This document shows positions 10,326 to 19,980 of a stretch of DNA of 64,000 nucleotides, one piece after another (position 1 is the first letter of the stretch; each line of letters opens with the position of its first letter). The position numbers were made by a program, and so were the translations under genes. The notes under the pieces are model-generated. The model did no database searches. It had not been told where the DNA came from and worked only from the letters and a program-made list of their open reading frames with translations. Source of the DNA: a candidate division WWE3 bacterium (lineage in GTDB: Bacteria > Patescibacteriota > WWE3 > JAPLWK01); contig JAPLWK010000010.1 in assembly GCA_026396615.1 (NCBI GenBank), forward strand, positions 133,916-197,915, given 5' to 3'.

Positions 10326-10884
10326 CGTTTATTTATTCCGTCATTCTGAATCAGAGGATAATCGCCAGCATTTGTTTAGCGGTTGGCGGGATCCTGATTT
10401 ATCACAAAAAGGCGTCATTGATGCTGAAGAACTAGCAGAATTGCTTAAAGATAAGGTATTCATGAGTGTCTATACTTCCGATTTGAAGCGTAATTTAAGG
10501 ACTGTAACGGAAGTTTTAAAATATCATCCCAACGTAGCCATAACTCAAGACAAACGACTTCGGGAGCGCAGTTACGGCGACCTTCAGGGAACGCCTCATT
10601 TAGATTTAATGCGTCAAGATTTAGCTTTATATTTAACTTATCATCGCTCCTACAACACACCGCCGCCGAATGGGGAAAGTATTGCTATGGTGGAAGAGCG
10701 GGTGTTGCCGTTTTGTAACGAATTAGCTGACCACGTCAAAAAATCCAGTCAAAACGTCGCTGTTTGCGCCGGGAACAATTCAATGCGTGTGATTCGGCGT
10801 TTTTTTGAAGGTTTTACAATTGAGGAGATGTTAAAAATTGATAATCCTTACGATAATTATTTTACCTACGAAGTAAAGGATTAA
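10312..10884 (+). CDS. gpmA: Phosphoglycerate mutase (histidine-phosphatase family)
   Basis: RHSESEDN motif (RHGE-like) close to the N-terminus. The track ORF opens at 10243, but the ATG at about 10312 fits better and still overlaps the eno stop. Confidence 0.55.
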   Translation: MTYGSVYLFRHSESEDNRQHLFSGWRDPDLSQKGVIDAEELAELLKDKVFMSVYTSDLKRNLRTVTEVLKYHPNVAITQDKRLRERSYGDLQGTPHLDLMRQDLALYLTYHRSYNTPPPNGESIAMVEERVLPFCNELADHVKKSSQNVAVCAGNNSMRVIRRFFEGFTIEEMLKIDNPYDNYFTYEVKD

Positions 10885-10886
10885 TT

Positions 10887-11849
10887 ATGTATGAAGTAAT
10901 TACAATTGGCGGCGCCACTCAAGACATCTTTTTTATCGACGAAGACTTTCCGGTCAAAAATGACGCTTTAAGTATTGAGTGGGGCGAAAAATTCCTCGTT
11001 CGCAAATGCTTGATTACTTTTGGTGGGGGAGCAGCTAACTGCGCAGTAGGTCTTTCACGTTTAGGAATCAAGACCGCCTTTTGGGGGCAAATCGGTGACG
11101 ATTTACCGGGGGCGGAAATTGCTAAAAACTTTAAGCAGGAAAAAGTGAGCTTGCAATTTTTAGAGATTACGGGGAAGGTGCATTCATCTGTATCGTCAAT
11201 ACTGGTGGGGCAGGGTGGGGAACACGCGATAATTATGTACCGTGGGACTAACGATGACTTGGAAATTGAGGCCGAAGCGTTATCAATTGAACTCACAAAT
11301 ACTAAATTCTTTTATTTGGCTGATGCGGGCAGTACTAGTGAAGCTTTAACTACTGAGGTTCTCAAACTTGTTAAATTTCATAATGTGCGTTTGGCTTTTG
11401 TGCCCGGTCAAAACCAATTAAAACTGGGAATTAATAAATTGGCGCCAATTTTGCAAGAAACTGACCTCTTCGTTCTCAATGTTTACGAGGCCTACGAACT
11501 TCTCGATCTTAAATATCAAAAAACAGAACTTAATACCTGCGCTACCATTGAAGAAGACGTTAAAAAAGCCTTGAAAAAGTTTTACGATTTAGGAGCTAAG
11601 AAAGTTATTATCACTCGCGATGTTTGCGGTTCTCAGGCTTATGACGGTAAAACTTTTTATAGCGAACCAAGTCCTGCGATCCTAGAATACATCGACACTA
11701 CCGGTGCCGGCGATGCCTTTGCGACAGGCGCTTTGGCAGCTTTACTTCGCGGTCATGGCCTAGCTACCGCTCTGAAGTGGGGGAATTTGGAGTCGGCTTC
11801 TGTCATCGGCGTCTACGGCGCGCAGCCCGGTTTGCTGTCGAATATTTAA
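10887..11849 (+). CDS. PfkB-family carbohydrate kinase (ribokinase-like)
   Basis: C-terminal DTTGAGDAF anion-hole motif; N-terminal GG motif (FGGGAANCAVG). Confidence 0.65.
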   Translation: MYEVITIGGATQDIFFIDEDFPVKNDALSIEWGEKFLVRKCLITFGGGAANCAVGLSRLGIKTAFWGQIGDDLPGAEIAKNFKQEKVSLQFLEITGKVHSSVSSILVGQGGEHAIIMYRGTNDDLEIEAEALSIELTNTKFFYLADAGSTSEALTTEVLKLVKFHNVRLAFVPGQNQLKLGINKLAPILQETDLFVLNVYEAYELLDLKYQKTELNTCATIEEDVKKALKKFYDLGAKKVIITRDVCGSQAYDGKTFYSEPSPAILEYIDTTGAGDAFATGALAALLRGHGLATALKWGNLESASVIGVYGAQPGLLSNI

Positions 11850-11853
11850 CCCC

Positions 11854-11888
11854 TTGACAACTTCGTATAATATTCGTATATTATACCA
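11854..11888 (+). promoter_or_regulatory. lexA promoter with overlapping direct-repeat/palindromic operator
   Basis: TTGACA at about 11854, then TTCGTATA-ata-TTCGTATA (11-bp period), which also forms the palindrome GTATAATAT-N4-ATATTATAC. The -10-like TATATT lies ~6 nt before the ATG. Confidence 0.4.
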
Positions 11889-12503
11889 ATGCCACCAACT
11901 ACTTACCGCCGCCAAAAAGAAGTTCTCGATTTTGTCTCTCAGTATATTCAGAAATACGGCAGCTCCCCAACTTTACAGGAAATTGCTTCCGCATTAGGCT
12001 TAAGTTCTCTAGCCACCGTTCATCAGCATTTAGAAGCTCTGGAGAAAAAAGGTCTAATTAAAAAATTTGATGGTAATATTAGAGGATTTGAAGTGATTAA
12101 CGAAGTGATTACGCCAGCTTTAGAGGGTGTGGAAGTTCCAATCATTGGCTATATCGCCGCCGGGAAGCCGATTGAGGCTATTGAAAGTCCCCTAGACACG
12201 ATTCGAATTTCGGCCAGCATGCTGTCCGGTAAAAAGCGGGCCTTTGTTCTTCAAGTTCGCGGCGAAAGTATGATTAACGATGGCATTCTCGATGGCGACT
12301 TCGTAGTTTGCGAACAACAACAAACGGCTAATAATGGCGACATAGTGGTGGCTCTTATTAACGGCGCTACGGCCACTTTAAAGCGCTATTACAAGGAAAA
12401 AGATCGAATTAGACTTCAACCGGCTAATGATACGATGAAACCGATTTATGTTAAGAATGTTAAGATTCAGGGTAAGGTGGTGGGTGTAATTAGGCGTTAC
12501 TAA
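11889..12503 (+). CDS. lexA: LexA repressor
   Basis: N-terminal winged-HTH; C-terminal S24 peptidase with the Ser motif (VRGESM) and Lys (…LKRYYK…). 204 aa. Confidence 0.85.
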   Translation: MPPTTYRRQKEVLDFVSQYIQKYGSSPTLQEIASALGLSSLATVHQHLEALEKKGLIKKFDGNIRGFEVINEVITPALEGVEVPIIGYIAAGKPIEAIESPLDTIRISASMLSGKKRAFVLQVRGESMINDGILDGDFVVCEQQQTANNGDIVVALINGATATLKRYYKEKDRIRLQPANDTMKPIYVKNVKIQGKVVGVIRRY

Positions 12504-12511
12504 CCAATCTG

Positions 12512-12539
12512 TCATTCCGGGCTTGACCCGGAATCCAGA
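12512..12539 (-). repeat. GC-rich hairpin element, copy 1 (reverse orientation), upstream of uvrB
   Basis: Its reverse complement, CTGGATTCCGGGTCAAGCCCGGAATGAC, is identical to the copy at 30288-30315. 8-bp stem ATTCCGGG/CCCGGAAT. Confidence 0.5.
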
Positions 12540-12580
12540 AAATCTAACATAAATTTTTAATTAACAATTTAATCTGTTAC

Positions 12581-12609
12581 TGGATTCCGGCTCCGGGGCC
12601 GGAATGACG
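12581..12609 (+). repeat. GC-rich hairpin element, copy 2, ending ~11 nt before the uvrB ATG
   Basis: CTGGATTCCGGCTCCGGGGCCGGAATGAC. Stem ATTCCGGC/GCCGGAAT differs from copy 1 by a compensatory G:C to C:G swap. Confidence 0.5.
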
Positions 12610-12619
12610 TGTTTTATTT

Positions 12620-14701
12620 ATGGAATTCAAGCTTACCTCATCTTACAAGCCTGCCGGAGATCAGCCTCAGGCTATTAAGTCGCTATTAAGTAACTACAAA
12701 GCCGGACTTTCGGATCAGGTCTTACTTGGTGTTACCGGTAGTGGCAAGACTTTCACGGTGGCTAACGTTATCCAAGAAATTAAAAAGCCCACTTTAATTA
12801 TTTCGCACAACAAAACTTTAGCGGCCCAGCTGTATCAAGAATTTAAGGAGTTTTTTCCTAAAAATGCCGTGGAGTACTTTGTTAGTTACTACGATTACTA
12901 TCAACCGGAATCTTACCTCCCGGCTACTGACACTTACATCGAAAAAGATGCCGATATTAATGATGAAATTGATCGACTTCGTTTGCGAGCCACGGCGGCC
13001 TTAATGACGCGTTCGGACGTGATCATAGTGGCTTCCGTGTCAGCGATATATTCACTAGGTGATCCCGAAGAATATAGCCAGGCAATTTTAGAATTGAAAG
13101 TCGGATCAGCCACAACTTTACGTGCCCATGTTCTAAGTCGATTAATAGAAATGCATTATAATCGCAACGATTTTGAATCTAAAAGAGCGACTTTTCGCGT
13201 TAAAGGTGAAAACATTGAAGTTTGGCCGGCTTACGAAGATTACATTTTACGTTTGGAATATTTAGGGGAATCTTTATCTCGCATTTCCAAGCTTAATCCC
13301 ATTACTTTTGGGCAAATAGAACCTTTAAGTGAATTTGTACTTTATCCGGCCCGTCACTATGTAGCCGATCCGGAGACTTTTGATGAGGCTCTGGCGGCAA
13401 TTCAAGTGGATTTGGAGAAGCAACTTAAGTCGCTGGAAGGTCAAGGCAAGAAGCTTGAGGCTTATCGTTTAAAGCAACGCACTAAGTATGACTTGGAAAT
13501 GCTTAAAGAAGTCGGGTTTGTAAATGGTATTGAAAATTATTCGCGTTATTTTGACGGTCGGGCGCCCGGTTCGCCACCTTATACTTTACTTGATTTTTTT
13601 GCCCATCGTTTTGGTAAGGCTAGCTCTAAGGATTGGCTCCTAGTCGTCGACGAGTCCCACATTTCGATTCCCCAAATTCGGGGGATGTATAAAGGGGACC
13701 GCAGTCGCAAACAAACTTTGATCGACTTTGGTTTTCGGCTGCCATCGGCTTTGGATAATCGTCCTTTAGACTTTCCAGAGTTTGAAACTCGCATGCCACA
13801 AACTATTTATATGAGCGCAACGCCTAGTCCTTGGGAATTAACCAGGGCGACAGTGGCAGCCAGTGATTTGTCATCGCTGAGCGGTCAGAAAGCAACTTTG
13901 ACTCCAATTGTAGAGCAATTAATTCGTCCAACTGGCTTAATTGACCCCCAAATTACAGTTTTACCATCGAAAGACCAGATTAATGATTTACGATGTCGCA
14001 TTGAGGAAAGAATAAAAAATGGCCAGCGGGTCCTGGTTACAACTTTAACTAAAAGAATGGCCGAAGAATTATCTGATTATTTAAAGAATTTAAATATTAA
14101 AGTCACTTACCTGCATTCTGATATTCAAACTCTAGAGCGCAGCACCATTTTAGATGATTTACGACGTGGTAATTATGATGTCCTAGTTGGTATCAATTTG
14201 CTACGGGAAGGCTTAGATCTTCCAGAAGTGTCACTGGTCGCCATTCTTGACGCCGATAAGGAAGGTTTTTTGCGGAGTGAATCGGCTTTAATTCAAGTGA
14301 TGGGTCGGGCGGCTCGGCATTTACAAGGCGAAGTGGTCATGTACGCCGATAAAATTACTGATTCCATGCGACGAGCTATAGATGAGGTTGATAGACGACG
14401 GTCGATACAACTGTCCTATAATCAAGAACATAATATTACACCGGTGGGCATTACCAAGTCGATTCGCGATAAAATGGTGGAGTTTACGGCGGCCGAAATT
14501 GCCGAAAAATCTCACCCCACTGTATACAGTAAAAAAGGCGGCAAAGCTTCTTTAATCGACCTGGCTGATGTTCCGCCGTCTGAACGGAAGAAGTTTATTA
14601 AAGAGCTGGAACTAAAAATGCAAACGGCTGCCGAAGAGCTCAACTTTGAACTTGCCGCCCAAATTAGGGACGAGCTACTTGACATAAAGAAGAACCTCTA
14701 G
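12620..14701 (+). CDS. uvrB: Excinuclease ABC subunit B
   Basis: 693 aa. Walker A GVTGSGKTF, helicase motifs, and a C-terminal UVR domain (…ELNFELAAQIRDELLDIKK). Confidence 0.9.
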   Translation: MEFKLTSSYKPAGDQPQAIKSLLSNYKAGLSDQVLLGVTGSGKTFTVANVIQEIKKPTLIISHNKTLAAQLYQEFKEFFPKNAVEYFVSYYDYYQPESYLPATDTYIEKDADINDEIDRLRLRATAALMTRSDVIIVASVSAIYSLGDPEEYSQAILELKVGSATTLRAHVLSRLIEMHYNRNDFESKRATFRVKGENIEVWPAYEDYILRLEYLGESLSRISKLNPITFGQIEPLSEFVLYPARHYVADPETFDEALAAIQVDLEKQLKSLEGQGKKLEAYRLKQRTKYDLEMLKEVGFVNGIENYSRYFDGRAPGSPPYTLLDFFAHRFGKASSKDWLLVVDESHISIPQIRGMYKGDRSRKQTLIDFGFRLPSALDNRPLDFPEFETRMPQTIYMSATPSPWELTRATVAASDLSSLSGQKATLTPIVEQLIRPTGLIDPQITVLPSKDQINDLRCRIEERIKNGQRVLVTTLTKRMAEELSDYLKNLNIKVTYLHSDIQTLERSTILDDLRRGNYDVLVGINLLREGLDLPEVSLVAILDADKEGFLRSESALIQVMGRAARHLQGEVVMYADKITDSMRRAIDEVDRRRSIQLSYNQEHNITPVGITKSIRDKMVEFTAAEIAEKSHPTVYSKKGGKASLIDLADVPPSERKKFIKELELKMQTAAEELNFELAAQIRDELLDIKKNL

Positions 14702-14782
14702 TTATAATGCCCACAATATTCTAATCACAGGCAAGCGTTAATTAGACTTGCCGTTGTTATTATTACTACATCGGAGGCTCTC

Positions 14783-15040
14783 GTGGGTGGTCAAGCTCGT
14801 CATCCAGTGATCGCACAGAGAAGTTCTGGTTTCGTTCATAGTTCAGCGCAGGCATTTACAACCGCCTGGAACTACGTTCAAGATAAGCATCCTTGGGTTC
14901 CAACGGGGATGCTGCATCAAGGTGTTCCGTCGAAAGACCTGAATGCAAAAGCACTTAAAGCTTGGAACAGCCTTCCTAAAGACCAACAATGTGGTCAAGG
15001 GTTGGCGAAAAAGCTTAAGGGCAACTATCATATCAGTTAG
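14783..15040 (+). CDS. Hypothetical small protein (GTG start, strong SD) in the GC-rich uvrB-uvrA spacer
   Basis: 85 aa ORF. GGAGG sits 7 nt upstream of the GTG. Local G+C is visibly above the flanks. No recognisable domain. Confidence 0.3.
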   Translation: MGGQARHPVIAQRSSGFVHSSAQAFTTAWNYVQDKHPWVPTGMLHQGVPSKDLNAKALKAWNSLPKDQQCGQGLAKKLKGNYHIS

Positions 15041-15125
15041 TTGGTTAAACAGCCTGTTGGCAAGGGAAGGCTGTAATCTCAAATGTTCGCGAAAGATTCG
15101 ACAAAGTTTTCAGGAGAGATACATC

Positions 15126-15356
15126 ATGGGTTCCGCAAATAATTCAGGCAAAGTAGTAGCAAGTGTCAGATCGAGTTCTGTGGCGACCAAAGTAAATCCA
15201 ATGGCTTCGCCAAACTCTCAGAATGAATGTCCGCCCGAGGGCAGCATTTGTCCGAGTTGTGGAAAGGGTACTGTGCATTACGGTCGTTTTTCTCGTCGGC
15301 GTGTTTGCACACACTCCCAATGCGTCGTGAACTCGTACAGTATCTATCATTGCTAG
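15126..15356 (+). CDS. Hypothetical small zinc-ribbon protein
   Basis: An internal ATG of the 14943-15356 track ORF is preceded by AGGAGAG. It encodes 76 aa ending in CPSCGKGTVHYGRFSRRRVCTHSQC (C-x2-C…C-x4-C). Confidence 0.35.
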   Translation: MGSANNSGKVVASVRSSSVATKVNPMASPNSQNECPPEGSICPSCGKGTVHYGRFSRRRVCTHSQCVVNSYSIYHC

Positions 15357-15374
15357 TTAGCTTTGCGTAGGTTT

Positions 15375-15430
15375 GGCGGTGGAATTTTTCTCTACAGAGA
15401 GTTAAGTTTCACCGCCCTTTCATTTTTTTA
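15375..15430 (+). terminator. Terminator-like hairpin followed by a T-run
   Basis: GGCGGTG…CACCGCC stem (7 bp, large loop) followed by CTTTCATTTTTTT. Confidence 0.3.
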
Positions 15431-15473
15431 ATTTGAAATTTACAATTTAAAATTGAAAATTATACCTTTGTTA

Positions 15474-15502
15474 CTTGATTCCAGGTCTTGTCCCGGAATG
15501 AC
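15474..15502 (+). repeat. GC-rich hairpin element, copy 3 (degenerate), upstream of uvrA
   Basis: CTTGATTCCAGGTCTTGTCCCGGAATGAC. Same flanks (…GATTCC… / …CCGGAATGAC) as the other copies. One stem mismatch. Confidence 0.45.
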
Positions 15503-15564
15503 GTATCTGAGTGTGACCCTTTATAAATGCTTCAAAATATAGTAGAATACCAGATCGTCATCTT

Positions 15565-18450
15565 ATGGAAGAACTCATTATTCGCGGCGCCAGAGAGCAT
15601 AATTTAAAAAACGTCGATTTAACTATTCCCAAAAATAAATTAATAGTCTTTACCGGCGTTTCCGGCAGTGGTAAGTCCTCTTTGGCCATGGATACTATCT
15701 ATGCTGAGGGGCAGCGCCGTTACGTAGAATCTTTGTCTTCCTACGCCCGCCAATTCTTAGGCGTCATGGATAAGCCCGATGTCGACCTTATCGAAGGACT
15801 TAGCCCCGCAATTGCGATTGATCAAAAGTCGGCTTCTCATAACCCTCGTTCCACCGTTGGCACTATCACCGAAGTCTACGATTATCTTCGTCTTTTATAC
15901 GCTCGCGTAGGCCATCCCCATTGCCCCAATTGCGGTCGAGAAATTTCTCGGCAAACCATCGATCAAATTAGCGATGGTATCCTCGCTTTAGGGCCGGGGC
16001 GCTACATGATCATCTCCCCAATCGTAAAAGACCGCAAAGGCGAATATACGCATCTTTTTGAGAATCTGCGAAAGCAGGGGTTTGGCCGGGCCAGGGTTGA
16101 TGGGCAAGTGATAAGTTTGGATAGCGATTTTGATCTTATCAAAACAAACAAACACACTATTGAAGCCGTAATTGATCGTTTAGTGCTGGAAAAGAAAGTC
16201 TCTAAAGATACTATTACTCGAATTCGCCAGTCGGTAGAAACGGCTTTAAAGTTGGCTGATGGCGTGGCCATTGTTTCTCAAGTAACCGATAAAGCCTTTG
16301 AATTTCCGGAATCCCCGAAAAAGATGGAGGATCATCTATTTTCGGAGCGTTTTGCTTGTCCATTTTGCAATATTTCGCTGCCGGAACTGGAGCCCCGCAG
16401 TTTCTCTTTTAACTCACCGCATGGTGCCTGTCCTAAATGTCAGGGCCTAGGAACAGAACTTAAAATTAATCCGGCCATTATTTACAACCCCGATTTAAGC
16501 GTTCGTGAAGGCGGCATTTTTCCGTGGGCTAATGTAATGGAACATGAAACTTGGAGCGGCAGACTCCTCGAAACAGTGGCCAAAACTAATAATATTGACT
16601 TAAGTGTTCCGATTAGCCAGCTTTCGGATAGCCAACTACACTTAATCCTCTACGGCACCGGAAAAACAGCTTATGCCGTGAACGGTAAAAATCGATTTGG
16701 TAAAGAACGCACTTACGACACTACTTTTGAAGGCATTATTCCCAATTTAGAGCGCCGTTATAAAGAAACCGATTCCGATTATATTCGTCGGGAAATCGAG
16801 CGCTACATGGTTAAAGAGCTTTGTCCTTTATGTAAAGGGGTGCGGCTTAAAAAAGAAGTGCTGGGAGTGACTATTTTAGATTTAAATATTGCCGAGGCTA
16901 GCAATTTAACCATTAAAAAGTTTTTAGATTGGTCGGCTGATTTTAAAACTTTAAATAGTCGCGAACAAGAGATCGGGAAGGCGATTATTAAAGAAATAGA
17001 TGCCCGCTTAAATTTTCTTCTCGATGTTGGACTTGATTATTTAACCATTGACCGGGCCGCCAATACCCTCGCCGGAGGGGAAGCCCAGCGAATTAGGTTG
17101 GCTTCGCAAATTGGCTCCGGACTTTCCGGGGTTCTTTACGTCCTTGATGAGCCGTCAATTGGCCTTCATCAGCGTGATCAGGATCGACTTATTCAAACTC
17201 TCAAGCGCCTGCGGGACCTTGGAAACACGGTCATTGTCGTCGAACATGACGAGCAGACGATGCTTGAGTCCGATTACATTGTTGATTTTGGGCCAGGGGC
17301 TGGGGAGCACGGTGGCGAAATTTTGGCTCAAGGTACCCCAGACGAAATTAAGGCCAACAAAAAATCGATTACCGGGGCTTATCTTTCCGGCCGTCGTCAA
17401 ATTACCGTTCCCAATTTCAATCAAGAAGAAATTGACGTAAAAGTTAAGCCGTCATCTCGCGAGTTAGTCCTCATGAATGCCAGTCATAACAACCTAAAAA
17501 ACGTGACTATTAAAATTCCCTTGGCCAAATTGGTCTGCGTCACTGGTGTCTCAGGATCGGGAAAATCATCCTTGATTAATGAAACGCTATTGCGCCAACT
17601 GCGCCAAGAATTTAATCTTAAAAATGAGGAAAAACCTGGCGCTAACGATGGCATTACAGGCCTGGAGTACATTGATAAGGTGGTTGACATTGACCAGTCC
17701 CCAATCGGTCGAACGCCCCGCAGCAACCCTGCCACTTATACTAAAGCTTTTGATGAAATTAGAGAATTATTCGCGTCAACCCGAGAATCTCAATTACGCG
17801 GTTACAAATCAGGCCGTTTTAGTTTTAATGTTAAAGGTGGTCGTTGCGAAGCCTGCAAGGGTGACGGCCAAATTAAAATTGAAATGCAATTTATGCCGGA
17901 TATTTATATTGATTGTGAAGTATGTGATGGTAGGCGTTACAATCACGAAGCCTTGGAAATTGAGTATAAAGGCAAAAATATCTCCCAAGTTTTAGATATG
18001 ACGATTGATGAAGCGGCGATATTTTTTACCAACCATCCCGGTATAAAAAATAAACTGGATACTTTGCAGGACGTGGGTTTGGGCTACGTGCATTTAGGTC
18101 AGCCCGCACCAACTTTATCTGGCGGAGAGGCCCAAAGGATTAAACTGGCATCTGAGCTTTCGCGTCGCCAAACCGGCAAAACCCTGTATATTTTGGATGA
18201 GCCCACCACCGGCCTCCATTTTGCTGATTTAGAGCGTTTAATCGCCATTTTTAAGCGACTGGTTTCTTACGGCAATTCTGTCATTGTTATTGAACATAAT
18301 TTAGACGTAATTCGTTTTGCCGATCACATTATCGATTTGGGTCCGGAGGGTGGAGTGGGTGGTGGTCGGGTCATTGTCACTGGTACAGTTGCCGAAGTGG
18401 TGGCTTGCCAGGAAAGTTGGACTGGAAAATATCTAAAAGCGAAGTTATAA
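15565..18450 (+). CDS. uvrA: Excinuclease ABC subunit A
   Basis: 961 aa. Two ABC ATPase modules (GVSGSGKSSL twice; LSGGEAQR twice) and zinc-finger cysteines (CPNCG, CPFC…CPKCQG, CEACKGDG). Confidence 0.9.
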   Translation: MEELIIRGAREHNLKNVDLTIPKNKLIVFTGVSGSGKSSLAMDTIYAEGQRRYVESLSSYARQFLGVMDKPDVDLIEGLSPAIAIDQKSASHNPRSTVGTITEVYDYLRLLYARVGHPHCPNCGREISRQTIDQISDGILALGPGRYMIISPIVKDRKGEYTHLFENLRKQGFGRARVDGQVISLDSDFDLIKTNKHTIEAVIDRLVLEKKVSKDTITRIRQSVETALKLADGVAIVSQVTDKAFEFPESPKKMEDHLFSERFACPFCNISLPELEPRSFSFNSPHGACPKCQGLGTELKINPAIIYNPDLSVREGGIFPWANVMEHETWSGRLLETVAKTNNIDLSVPISQLSDSQLHLILYGTGKTAYAVNGKNRFGKERTYDTTFEGIIPNLERRYKETDSDYIRREIERYMVKELCPLCKGVRLKKEVLGVTILDLNIAEASNLTIKKFLDWSADFKTLNSREQEIGKAIIKEIDARLNFLLDVGLDYLTIDRAANTLAGGEAQRIRLASQIGSGLSGVLYVLDEPSIGLHQRDQDRLIQTLKRLRDLGNTVIVVEHDEQTMLESDYIVDFGPGAGEHGGEILAQGTPDEIKANKKSITGAYLSGRRQITVPNFNQEEIDVKVKPSSRELVLMNASHNNLKNVTIKIPLAKLVCVTGVSGSGKSSLINETLLRQLRQEFNLKNEEKPGANDGITGLEYIDKVVDIDQSPIGRTPRSNPATYTKAFDEIRELFASTRESQLRGYKSGRFSFNVKGGRCEACKGDGQIKIEMQFMPDIYIDCEVCDGRRYNHEALEIEYKGKNISQVLDMTIDEAAIFFTNHPGIKNKLDTLQDVGLGYVHLGQPAPTLSGGEAQRIKLASELSRRQTGKTLYILDEPTTGLHFADLERLIAIFKRLVSYGNSVIVIEHNLDVIRFADHIIDLGPEGGVGGGRVIVTGTVAEVVACQESWTGKYLKAKL

Positions 18451-18456
18451 AGTTGT

Positions 18457-19977
18457 ATGCTCAAAGGATTAGCGATTATAACCCTGTCAACCCTTTTGCT
18501 ATTAGTTGGGTCAACTGACGTAAAAGCAGCCGACTCTAAATTTTCTACTTCTTACAAAACTACCTATGACGTTGATATTAGCGGTTTAACGACAGTCACT
18601 TCCGAGATTAGTTTAACCAATAAATCCGCCAATTTTTACGCTTCCAATTACGTTTTAACGTTAAGTTTTCCGCATATTTTAGAAGTTACTGCCTATGATC
18701 GCCTGGGTAATTGTCCGGTGACTCTTAATGGCTCAGAAATTAAGGTCCTGTTCAATGATAAAGTTGTTGGTTTAAATAGCATACTTCATTGGACTCTAAT
18801 TTATAAAACTCCCGATCTGGCAATAAAAAAAGGCCGGATTTGGGAAGTTGATCTTCCTAAAGTTGAAGGGAGTATAGATCTAGCCGATTACGTTACGGTT
18901 CTTAAGGTGCCCCAAAGCTTTGGTGACGATGCCCAAATGGCCAATACCGCAATTAGTAGCGGGGTAGCTGGTAGTAAAAACTTCTATGTTTTCTCTAAAA
19001 ACTTATTACTTAATCAAGGTGTCGCCGCTGTTTTTGGCGATTATCAAGTTTTTAAATATACTCTTAAGTATCATTTAAAAAACCTAAACCTACTACCGCA
19101 TTTTGAAGAAATTACTCTACCTCCAGGTGTTGCTAATTATCAAGAAACTTTTATTACTAGTTTATCACCCCGTCCCATTTCGTCACGAGTTGATAGTGAC
19201 GGTAATTTGCTGGCCAAGTATTTTTTGTGGTGGGGTCAAGATTTAGAAATCACTTTAGACGGAGAGGCCAAAGTTTATAATCGTCAAATTAATCCTTTTG
19301 TTGGAGGTAATGTTACGGCCATAACCTCTAACCTAAAATATTTGACTAATGCGGCAAGTTTTTGGGAGGTAACTGATCCGATTATTAAAAAGATTGCTTC
19401 TGATTTATATAATCCTACTAAAACCGTTTCTCAAAATGCTCAAAATATTTACACTTATGTCGTGGCCACTCTAAAATATAATAATGCCAAGGGTTTTGAT
19501 AATCGTTTAGGAGCCGTAGCAACTTTAAAAACTCCCGATAACGCCGTATGCACTGAATTTTCAGATCTCTTTGTGGCACTGGCTCGGTCAAATGGTATTC
19601 CGGCTCGGGAACTCGAGGGCTACGCTGCGACTAATCAAGATAATCGACCAATTTTAAATGACGTGCTACACGCCTGGGCTGAGTATTATGATCCGGTCTT
19701 TGGTTGGGTGGCCGTTGATCCAACGTGGGGCAATACCGCTAAAACTGATTTCTTCACGCATCTTGACGCTAACCATTTGGTCTTTGTCATACATGGTGTG
19801 TCGCCGGTATCACCCGCTCCGGCCGGAGCTTTTAAACTGGATATTACAGAAAAGGATCAAGTAGCGGTAGTTTTCGCGGATGCGGTCACTACAGATGCGA
19901 CTAAAGTAGTCCCACTTTCCGTCGACAATTCTTTGGGGACTAAAATTATTAGGTTTTTGGCTGGCATTAGTAATTAA
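18457..19977 (+). CDS. Secreted transglutaminase-like (Cys-protease fold) domain protein
   Basis: Signal peptide. C-terminal Cys…His…Asp triad context (…NAVCTEFSDLF…HAWAEYYD…WVAVDPTW). 6-bp and 3-bp gaps to uvrA and uvrC. Confidence 0.55.
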   Translation: MLKGLAIITLSTLLLLVGSTDVKAADSKFSTSYKTTYDVDISGLTTVTSEISLTNKSANFYASNYVLTLSFPHILEVTAYDRLGNCPVTLNGSEIKVLFNDKVVGLNSILHWTLIYKTPDLAIKKGRIWEVDLPKVEGSIDLADYVTVLKVPQSFGDDAQMANTAISSGVAGSKNFYVFSKNLLLNQGVAAVFGDYQVFKYTLKYHLKNLNLLPHFEEITLPPGVANYQETFITSLSPRPISSRVDSDGNLLAKYFLWWGQDLEITLDGEAKVYNRQINPFVGGNVTAITSNLKYLTNAASFWEVTDPIIKKIASDLYNPTKTVSQNAQNIYTYVVATLKYNNAKGFDNRLGAVATLKTPDNAVCTEFSDLFVALARSNGIPARELEGYAATNQDNRPILNDVLHAWAEYYDPVFGWVAVDPTWGNTAKTDFFTHLDANHLVFVIHGVSPVSPAPAGAFKLDITEKDQVAVVFADAVTTDATKVVPLSVDNSLGTKIIRFLAGISN

Positions 19978-19980
19978 TTT

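Noticed and set aside
14702-15564. Possible tmRNA, RNase P RNA or SRP RNA in the GC-rich uvrB-uvrA spacer
   Set aside because: I could not find the tRNA-like 3' end (GGTTCGA…CCA), the ANDENYALAA-type tag frame, the P4 consensus (AGGAAAGTCCGGGCTCC / ACAGAACCCGGCTTA) or the SRP domain IV motif.
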